Source of the DNA: an uncultured Candidatus Saccharibacteria bacterium
GTDB taxonomy: Bacteria; Patescibacteriota; Saccharimonadia; Saccharimonadales; Saccharimonadaceae
DNA length: 64,000 nucleotides
NCBI GenBank assembly: GCA_964554175.1
Contig: CAZKNA010000001.1
Location: forward strand, 46-64,045
Direction of reading: 5' to 3'
A program made the translations under genes and the position numbers. A model generated the notes under the pieces. The model saw only the letters and a program-made list of their open reading frames with translations, did not search any database and was not told the DNA's origin. Positions 57,314 through 64,000 of the stretch are shown one piece after another; positions within the stretch are counted from its first letter, which is position 1, and each line of letters opens with the position of its first letter.

Positions 57314-60214
57314 TTATTCTTTGCGAATTTCCCCGTCCTCGGGTTCGGCGAGACCGAGAGCAATTTGGATGGAGTCTTTCATACCGCTGTTGGTACCTTG
57401 AGCGAGGTTGTTCTTTAAGTTGGCAATCATATTCGGATTGATCATTCTGCGGAACTCTTTGTAAACGTCTTGCGGTGGGTAGAAGCCAAATTTGCCATTT
57501 TTTGCTTCGCCGTAACAGGTCATAGGAGTAGGCATAGATTGAGCGATAGCTTCAAAGATGGCTTGATAAGCATCAGTCTTGAATACATTAAGGTCTTTAT
57601 CGGTCATACCGCGCAGGTATTTTTCAATCATATTCATATGGAGATTTTCGGTAAAGTTGCCATTTTTATCAACTGGACGGAGCCATTTACCGTTTTCATT
57701 TTTCAAACCAGTCAATAAGGACATTGAATTTAGAATTTGTTCACCGCTTGATTCATAAGTAGGAATGGCGGAAATAAATTGTGGCATCATTCCCCCAATC
57801 ATCTCATTGAATTGGCCTTCACTAAATCCATAGGCTTTGAAAGTATCGCGCATATCGCCGAAGAAGGTGCGGTCGGCATCTTTAATGCTAGTGCCTTTCA
57901 AAAGTTCAAAAGCTGAAGTGCGAGCCTGATTATTGCCACCATTTTGATCGCCGAAAATGTAATCTCTGAAGGTCATTACATCAGTACTTCTAGCATTTGG
58001 ATCGCCGGAGTCTTTTGAGGTATAGCGCCAAGTTTCCATATTGATGGCTTTTCCGAGACGACCAAGTAGTGGGTCAGCGCCTTTCATACCAAGAAGATTA
58101 AGGGCGAGAGTGTTGGCAAAGTCGGAACCAAGACGGAGACGTTTGCCCTCGCCAAGATCTTTAAACTCGCCAGTCTGGTCCATAAAGTTGCGAAGATTTT
58201 CGCTGATTTTGTCGTAGTCTCCGCGCACAGCGAGAGTATTTTGAGCGGCCGTAACAGCATCAATGTTGTTGGCTCTAAGAGCACTCTTATATTGAGCAAG
58301 GACGTCTTTGGTAACTTGTTTGTCAAAGAGCGTGGAATAGCGCTTGGAGGTTTCGGCACGCTCTTTTTCATAGGCGTCGTAGGCATCGGCGGTCACAGTG
58401 GTGAGGGCATTATCTCGGATAGTTTCATCAGTATCAAACGCGTCGGCACCAGCACCAGCTCTAACAAGACGATGATAGTTGCGATTAGATATTAAGTTGC
58501 CAAGATCGTCGCGTCTTGAAGCATTGCGAACAGCCTCGGTGTAGAACCTTTGGTCGGAACGGTCGTTTCTAGCCTTGGCAGATTGCTGAGTGCGGAGGTC
58601 AAGGTAGTTTTGGGCTTGACTGTCGGCGAGGGCTTTGAGGGCCTTGTCTTCTTTGGCCTCAGTAGAGCGCAAATAGGCATTGATGTTGCTCATGGCATTG
58701 TCAGTCTTCAATTTGTCAGCCTCGTTAGCAAGTTTGAGTTCGCGATTCAAATAATTATCACGCATAGAACTGTTGATTTTGACGTCATCAACTAAGTCGC
58801 CATCCTTGTTGAACCTGGTCTTATATACCGCTTTGCCGTTTTCCCAGCGCTTAATAGTGCGGCCAGTAGAGCGAGCATTGGAGTAAGCGGTGTAGGTATT
58901 TTTGCGGTTTTCTTCGTGTTCGGCACGCTCTTCCTCGCGGAGATATTTGTTGCGATCAAAGCGCGCACGCCAGTAAGCGCCGGAGGCAAGATTTCTAGAA
59001 CGTGAAGCTTCGTCGAGCTTTCTGGCACGGGCGGTGTCGCGGAAATCTTCGGCGACCGGACGGAGGCGGCCAGTGGCGCCTTTACTAAGATTATCAAGGG
59101 TGCTACTAACTTTACCAAGCACCGAGCCGGACATCTTCATTAAAGGAACCGAAAGGAAGAGTGGAACGATTTGGACGGCCATGCCAAGAATCATCATAAA
59201 GGCGGAACCGTCTTGCTGAGCTTTGGCGATAAGGGCCCAACCAGCAAGGTGGGAGGCGCCAAATAGGGCCGAGAACATTGGGAAGAAAATGAGCATTGCA
59301 GAGAGGGTGTCTTTCCATTTGGCAAACCATTTGTTGGTGTTTGGGAGCATATAACAGACAAAGGCGAGCGGAGCAATCATCACGAGAAGAGCGACGACGG
59401 CTTGACGCATGGCGATAGTAGCGAGACCAACGAGAATGGATAAGAAGGCAGTAATGAGAGAGAGGATAAACATCGGGAGGACGGCGCCAAGGCCGCCAGC
59501 TGCAGAGATAGTAAGGCCAGCAACTGCACCGCCACCGCCAAGAATAGCGGCAAAGGCCTCCCAGGTGACCATGGCGTCGCCAGTGGCGCCGATTTGACTT
59601 TCGATATTTTCAAAGAAACCACGGAGTGAAGCACCCATAATATTGGAAGTGTCAACAAGGGCGGAACAGATAAGATAACTGAGGTTTATTAGAATAGCAG
59701 TGATGATGAGTTTTGGCAGGATTTTTTTGATATTGTAGTTATCGAAGCCGACTCCAGTGAGATGAGAGTAAATCACGACGATAATTAAGATGATAAAGAC
59801 AATATTGGTAAGGTCGCGGATGTATTGCCAGACGATGAAGATAGGGGAGTCGGAATCGGTGGTCATAGGCTGGACAACAAGGAGATCGCTGATGACTTTA
59901 TAGATGGAGTCGACGGCGGTGGCGAGAACGCCAGAGGTAGGACAGACGAGCCAGCCGATGCCTTTGACTTGATCGTAACAGGTTTCTGGCTCTTCTTCGG
60001 CGGTTTCTTCGGTAGTCTCGGCTGGAGTTTCGGCTTCTTCAGGTGTGCCATCTTCGAGGTCGGCAAGGGTGGTTAGCGGGGTGGTATGTAGGGGGGCATC
60101 TAGGGGTTTTGCCGCAGCTTGGTTGCTATTGACAAAGCATAAGAAAAATGCAAAAAGTAAGCCAAACACAGGCATTAAAAATCGTTTCTGTGCTAACTTT
60201 TCTCGCAGTTTCAT
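57314..60214 (-). CDS. VirB6-like T4SS membrane protein with long cytoplasmic tail
   Basis: GWLVCP, W..IRDLTN, IKKILPKLII..ILINLSY, APLAFVCYMLPNT.KWF.KW. Confidence 0.8.
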   Translation of the reverse strand: MKLREKLAQKRFLMPVFGLLFAFFLCFVNSNQAAAKPLDAPLHTTPLTTLADLEDGTPEEAETPAETTEETAEEEPETCYDQVKGIGWLVCPTSGVLATAVDSIYKVISDLLVVQPMTTDSDSPIFIVWQYIRDLTNIVFIILIIVVIYSHLTGVGFDNYNIKKILPKLIITAILINLSYLICSALVDTSNIMGASLRGFFENIESQIGATGDAMVTWEAFAAILGGGGAVAGLTISAAGGLGAVLPMFILSLITAFLSILVGLATIAMRQAVVALLVMIAPLAFVCYMLPNTNKWFAKWKDTLSAMLIFFPMFSALFGASHLAGWALIAKAQQDGSAFMMILGMAVQIVPLFLSVPLMKMSGSVLGKVSSTLDNLSKGATGRLRPVAEDFRDTARARKLDEASRSRNLASGAYWRARFDRNKYLREEERAEHEENRKNTYTAYSNARSTGRTIKRWENGKAVYKTRFNKDGDLVDDVKINSSMRDNYLNRELKLANEADKLKTDNAMSNINAYLRSTEAKEDKALKALADSQAQNYLDLRTQQSAKARNDRSDQRFYTEAVRNASRRDDLGNLISNRNYHRLVRAGAGADAFDTDETIRDNALTTVTADAYDAYEKERAETSKRYSTLFDKQVTKDVLAQYKSALRANNIDAVTAAQNTLAVRGDYDKISENLRNFMDQTGEFKDLGEGKRLRLGSDFANTLALNLLGMKGADPLLGRLGKAINMETWRYTSKDSGDPNARSTDVMTFRDYIFGDQNGGNNQARTSAFELLKGTSIKDADRTFFGDMRDTFKAYGFSEGQFNEMIGGMMPQFISAIPTYESSGEQILNSMSLLTGLKNENGKWLRPVDKNGNFTENLHMNMIEKYLRGMTDKDLNVFKTDAYQAIFEAIAQSMPTPMTCYGEAKNGKFGFYPPQDVYKEFRRMINPNMIANLKNNLAQGTNSGMKDSIQIALGLAEPEDGEIRKE

Positions 60215-60284
60215 AGGTTAAACTCTTAACCCTGTAATTATAGCATATCTTGGCGAAAATTACAAGGTTTGATATAATGTAAGT

Positions 60285-60719
60285 ATGAAAAAGAAAATCT
60301 TGGCACTAGCAGTGATGTTATCGATGTTCATGGGAGCTTTAGCACCGAGTGGAGAAGTGTTCGCAGAAGGTTGCGATCAGGAGTTTTTGGGACTTCGGCC
60401 GTGGTACTATGGGCTGACTGATGAAAGCTGTAATATAAAGTCGCCAAAATCGGACAGTCCGGAAGGGGCGCCAGATAAGATCGCGACCTTTATTTGGACG
60501 ATTATTTTGAATGTGCTGGTGGACGTGTTTGTGGTTGCAGGGGTGGTGGCGCTAGGATTTGTGATTTATGGCGGTTATTTGTATTTACGCTCTGGTGGCG
60601 ACGTGGCTTTTGCGACAAAGGGGCGCAAGACCTTGACCGCAGCGCTGGTGGGGCTGGTGATTGTGACGCTCGCCAATGTAATTTCGAGATTAATTGTAAC
60701 AGTGCTAACATCGAAGTAA
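60285..60719 (+). CDS. VirB2/TrbC-like T4SS pilin 1
   Basis: Signal peptide, Cys pair, IYGGYLY..SGGD..KGRKTL..A.VGL. Confidence 0.8.
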   Translation: MKKKILALAVMLSMFMGALAPSGEVFAEGCDQEFLGLRPWYYGLTDESCNIKSPKSDSPEGAPDKIATFIWTIILNVLVDVFVVAGVVALGFVIYGGYLYLRSGGDVAFATKGRKTLTAALVGLVIVTLANVISRLIVTVLTSK

Positions 60720-60728
60720 GGAGAGAGA

Positions 60729-60992
60729 ATGGACCAAGTAAATCTTAAAGATAAACTTCCACAGGGAGAACTCAGTATTACAGCGATTTTGAACTGGGTT
60801 TATGCGATTATGGGGATAGTTGCGGTAATTGGGATTATCTTTGGGGCGGTGGTTTGGACAACTTCTCAGGGTGATCCGGCAAAGACCAAGAAGGGCCGCG
60901 ATGCGGTGCTGTTTGCGGTAATTGGGTTGTTTATTGTAGTGTTTGCGGCAGTGATAACTAATTTTGTAATAGGAGCAGCGAGCGGACAATGA
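60729..60992 (+). CDS. VirB2/TrbC-like T4SS pilin 2 (no signal peptide)
   Basis: TTSQGDPAKTKKGRDAVLFAVIGL between two TMs. Confidence 0.8.
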   Translation: MDQVNLKDKLPQGELSITAILNWVYAIMGIVAVIGIIFGAVVWTTSQGDPAKTKKGRDAVLFAVIGLFIVVFAAVITNFVIGAASGQ

Positions 60993-61423
60993 AAAAGAAG
61001 ATTATTTTATTAGCTTTAGCGATAGCATCTTTCGCGTTTTTACCAGGTAAGGCTTTGGCGGTGGAACTTGGACAGGACCCAATTTGTGATCAGTCAGATA
61101 TAGATCAAACTGCAAAAGATGCGGCTGGATGTGGCAAGACTGCTGATCCGGGTGAGATTGGAAATGTAGCTCAGAATATCATTAATATCGTGATTGCAGT
61201 GTTAGGCATAGTGGCGGTATTATTTGTAGTAATTGGTGCGGCACAATATGTGACTTCACAGGGTGACCCAGGCAAAACGAAGAAGGCTAAGGATACAATT
61301 TTGTATGCTATTCTTGGGGTAGTATTGGCGACACTTGCCTATGCGATTGTGAATTTTGTGCTAGCAAATGTGTTTAATAGTGATAATGGTTCGCAAGAGA
61401 CTTCCCAGGAAGCGGGCGAGTAA
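60989..61423 (+). CDS. VirB2/TrbC-like T4SS pilin 3
   Basis: Signal peptide, Cys pair, YVTSQGDPGKTKKAKDTILYAILG...AIVNFV. Confidence 0.85.
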   Translation: MKKKIILLALAIASFAFLPGKALAVELGQDPICDQSDIDQTAKDAAGCGKTADPGEIGNVAQNIINIVIAVLGIVAVLFVVIGAAQYVTSQGDPGKTKKAKDTILYAILGVVLATLAYAIVNFVLANVFNSDNGSQETSQEAGE

Positions 61424-61491
61424 AAAACTATTGAAACTATCAGTAAGATATGGTATTATTTAGGTAACAAGATTAATTTAAGGAATAAATT

Positions 61492-61896
61492 ATGAAAATC
61501 AAAGAGAAAGTTAAAGTAATTCTAGCAAGTCTCGCTATTATGGTTGCGGGTGTAGTTGGAATTTCGTTGCCAACGAGCGCAGCGAATGAGGGCTTGGTCC
61601 TTTGTGGCAATGGCTCCTATGCAGATAGTTTTGATAAGTGTTCTGGTGCCGGTACGGCCGAGAAGAGAAGCCTCATGGGCACACTTCAGATTGTGATTAA
61701 TGTTATTCTTGCTGTGCTTGCCTTTGTGACCGTTGCGATGATTATCGTTGGTGGTATTAGCTACTCTACTTCCCAGGGTGATGCTGGCAAAGTCAAGAAG
61801 GCTAAGGATACAATTCTTTATGGTATCGTTGGTCTCGTGATTGCTCTTCTAGCATTTGCGATTGTGAACTTTGTGCTTGTCAATATCTTTAAGTAA
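61492..61896 (+). CDS. VirB2/TrbC-like T4SS pilin 4
   Basis: Signal peptide, Cys pair, YSTSQGDAGKVKKAKDTILYGIVG...AIVNFV. Confidence 0.85.
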   Translation: MKIKEKVKVILASLAIMVAGVVGISLPTSAANEGLVLCGNGSYADSFDKCSGAGTAEKRSLMGTLQIVINVILAVLAFVTVAMIIVGGISYSTSQGDAGKVKKAKDTILYGIVGLVIALLAFAIVNFVLVNIFK

Positions 61897-61912
61897 GGTA
61901 AATTAGCGATTT

Positions 61913-61941
61913 AATTCCCTCCTTTACGGAGGGAATTTTTT
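61913..61941 (+). terminator. Terminator after pilin 4
   Basis: AATTCCCTCC-TTTAC-GGAGGGAATT-TTTT. Confidence 0.8.
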
Positions 61942-61975
61942 AGTGTATAATGAAGTAAATAATTAAGGAATAGAT

Positions 61976-62377
61976 ATGAAAAAGATAAAGATGATGGTGG
62001 CGGGGATAGCAGTGATGATGGCGGGGCTGTTTGCAGTGCCGGCAATGGCGGAGGATTGTCCAGCTGGTACTTTGCGTCAAGAAGAGGGCGCTCCAACGAT
62101 TGCGCAATGTAACTTGCCACCAGAGAATGAGCAGCCAGGCTCAACAGATCTTTTCGAGACAATTCAGACAATTATCAACTGGATTCTTGCTGTGCTTGGC
62201 GTGATTGCGGTAATTATGATTATCATTGGTGGGGTAAACTATATGACTTCCCAAGGTGATCCAGGAAAAACCAAGAAAGGCCGTGATACGATTCTCTATG
62301 GAATTGTTGGTTTAATTATTGCTTTGCTCGCTTATGCGATTGTAAACTTTGTTCTTGCTAATGTCTTTAAGAGTTAA
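61976..62377 (+). CDS. VirB2/TrbC-like T4SS pilin 5
   Basis: Signal peptide, Cys pair, YMTSQGDPGKTKKGRDTILYGIVG...AIVNFV. Confidence 0.85.
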   Translation: MKKIKMMVAGIAVMMAGLFAVPAMAEDCPAGTLRQEEGAPTIAQCNLPPENEQPGSTDLFETIQTIINWILAVLGVIAVIMIIIGGVNYMTSQGDPGKTKKGRDTILYGIVGLIIALLAYAIVNFVLANVFKS

Positions 62378-62382
62378 GGTAC

Positions 62383-62415
62383 AAAATAAGCCCGCGGCCG
62401 CGGGCTTATTTTTTT
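62383..62415 (+). terminator. Terminator after pilin 5 (possibly bidirectional)
   Basis: Perfect 30-bp palindrome AAAATAAGCCCGCGGCCGCGGGCTTATTTT plus T tract. Confidence 0.85.
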
Positions 62416-62521
62416 GTTTCTAGGTGGTACTATTATTAGCTAATAGTAGCCGAGCTACGCTCGTCTTCCATTGCGCACGCTTGCGAAACAAACAGAGCTA
62501 TGCTCTGTTTGTAGCGCTCGC

Positions 62522-63013
62522 TTAGCTTATGGTGATTCTTTTCGGAGCTTCGACTTTTTCCTTTTCAAAGGAGATAGTGAGAACGCCGTCTTTTAGCTCT
62601 GCCTTGACACTGTTTTCGTCTTCTTTGACTTGGACAGGAAGAGCGATGGTGCGAGAGAACTCACCCCAGTAGCACTCTTGAATGTGCCAGCGAGTAGTAT
62701 GCTCATCTTCCCCGCCGGAAAGAATACCGGAGATGGTTAAGATGTTGTCGGAAATACTGACGTCTAGGTCCGACTTCGAGATGCCAGCCGTGCGGGCCTT
62801 TACCACGAGTTTGTCGGCGGTCTCATAGACATCTACAGCGAGCTGCCCAGGGAAATCGTCGGTGTTGTCTTCCCACCCATCATCCGATGGAGCGGCCGAG
62901 CTTTCAGGGGCGGCAACGTCAAGTTCTTCAGAATCTGAAACTGCGTTATCGTCCAAGAAGGCAGCGGCTAATTCGTCTTCCATCAGCATATCTTCGTTTT
63001 CGTTACGAGCCAT
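62522..63013 (-). CDS. Hsp20/alpha-crystallin small heat-shock protein
   Basis: GQLAVDVYET, ECYWGEFSRTIALP, AELKDGVLTI. Confidence 0.9.
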   Translation of the reverse strand: MARNENEDMLMEDELAAAFLDDNAVSDSEELDVAAPESSAAPSDDGWEDNTDDFPGQLAVDVYETADKLVVKARTAGISKSDLDVSISDNILTISGILSGGEDEHTTRWHIQECYWGEFSRTIALPVQVKEDENSVKAELKDGVLTISFEKEKVEAPKRITIS

Positions 63014-63122
63014 ATGACCTCCAATTAATATTACCTATGCTTTATTATAATGACAGTTTATGATAAAATCAAGAAAATTATGAGTTTAATTGACGAAAGC
63101 ACAACAATTATGGGGAGATTTT

Positions 63123-63785
63123 ATGAAAAATAGCGTTGTAAAGAAAACAATGCTAGGGAAACTGCTGGATATGCTGTTGCCATTTTATTGTCGGGGTTGT
63201 GGGAAGACGGGTACTTTATTATGTGAAGATTGTAAAAATGACATGAGAATTATTGGACGAGTGCGGAAGGAGGATAAAAAGCTGCGACTCGGAGAGATAG
63301 AGGAGCTTTACATCGGGAGTTTTCGGGAGGGCGCGCTGAAAAATTTGGTGGCAGACTATAAGTTTAAGAGTGTAAAAAAGGCAACAGAAGTTTTGGTGGA
63401 GATTTTGGATGAGGCGGTGCCAGAAGATTTAGATGTGGTGGTAGTTCCCTTGCCGACGATTCGGAAGCATATTAGGGAGCGTGGTTTTGACCACACAAAG
63501 AAATTGGCGGAAGAGTTTGGCAAAAGACGAGGGCTGTCGGTTTCTGAAGTTTTAGTAAGAGTGAATAAGACGGTTCAGGTTGGAGCGGACGAGGGGACTA
63601 GAGAGAAGCAGGCGGCGGAAGCCTACGCGGTGGATATGGAGAAGTTTGATGAGAAGAAGACGTATCTTCTAGTTGATGACGTTTGGACGACGGGCGCTTC
63701 GATGCGGGCGGCCGCAAAAAAGCTTCGCGAAGCAGGGGCGAAGCGTATTTTGGGGGCTAGTTTAGGTCTAAGTTCTGGCCAGTAA
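63123..63785 (+). CDS. comF: ComF family protein (zinc ribbon + phosphoribosyltransferase)
   Basis: CRGC...LCEDC, RERGFD, LLVDDVWTTGAS; start at ATG 63123. Confidence 0.88.
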   Translation: MKNSVVKKTMLGKLLDMLLPFYCRGCGKTGTLLCEDCKNDMRIIGRVRKEDKKLRLGEIEELYIGSFREGALKNLVADYKFKSVKKATEVLVEILDEAVPEDLDVVVVPLPTIRKHIRERGFDHTKKLAEEFGKRRGLSVSEVLVRVNKTVQVGADEGTREKQAAEAYAVDMEKFDEKKTYLLVDDVWTTGASMRAAAKKLREAGAKRILGASLGLSSGQ

Positions 63786-64000
63786 TCGCGGCGATGACAA
63801 AGTTAATAATCGCGTAGGCGAGGAGAGAGATAATCAAGCCGATGATCGCATAGAGGATGGTGTTTTTGGCGTCGGTGACTTTTTTGTTGTCGCCACCAGA
63901 AATGATGTAGCGGAAGCCGCCGTAGATTAACATAATAACAGAAATAACACCGATGATGAGAAGGAGGGTGTTGGAGATTTTTGTGAAAACACCAGCCGGG
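63757..64000 (-). CDS. VirB2/TrbC-like T4SS pilin 6 (5' end outside window; not in ORF track)
   Basis: Hand translation: ...GVFTKISNTLLLIIGVISVIMLIYGGFRYIISGGDNKKVTDAKNTILYAIIGLIISLLAYAIINFVIAAITGQNLDLN*. Confidence 0.85.
   Translation of the reverse strand, partial: PAGVFTKISNTLLLIIGVISVIMLIYGGFRYIISGGDNKKVTDAKNTILYAIIGLIISLLAYAIINFVIAAITGQNLDLN

Noticed and set aside
195-62171. Numerous 60-160 aa alternative-frame and antisense ORFs in the track
   Set aside because: They lie within well-supported genes, lack motifs, and are expected from the biased codon usage
46740-62377. Integrative conjugative element
   Set aside because: No integrase, relaxase, coupling protein or att repeats seen; composition matches core genes
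60729-62377. CRISPR-like or DGR-like repeats in the pilin array
   Set aside because: Repeats are coding paralogy with synonymous differences; no regular spacers, cas genes or reverse transcriptase
1-64000. tRNA, rRNA, tmRNA or RNase P RNA genes
   Set aside because: No intergenic stretch showed recognisable cloverleaf or conserved rRNA motifs by eye; a covariance search was not possible

Overview
Chromosomal window around the dnaA locus of a small-genome Patescibacteria member, most likely a gut-associated Saccharibacterium (TM7). This is inferred from the PrgI/VirB4/VirB6 plus pilin-array secretion locus, extreme gene compaction and a bile-salt hydrolase. The left ~35 kb is a monoderm cell-envelope glycopolymer region (murC, galE, several glycosyltransferases, GtrA/GtrB, Wzm/Wzt, LtaS-like, LCP, O-antigen-ligase-like). 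It is interspersed with AT-rich accessory genes: two NYN nucleases each beside a putative small structured RNA, a DUF4160/DUF2442 toxin-antitoxin pair, and variable surface proteins with a shared anchor. The centre holds jag-yidC-rnpA, a 6-kb insertion, then rpmH-oriC-dnaA-oriC-dnaN-recF. The right holds the Saccharibacteria-type T4SS with two dual-domain wall hydrolases, six VirB2-like pilins, hsp20 and comF. Most notable: the + strand appears G-rich on both sides of oriC (no skew switch), NYN-linked sRNA candidates, a Bifidobacterium-like BSH, a 174-nt fold-back element and pervasive leaderless promoters. No rRNA, tRNA, CRISPR, integrase or transposase was seen. All family calls are from motif recognition without database searches.
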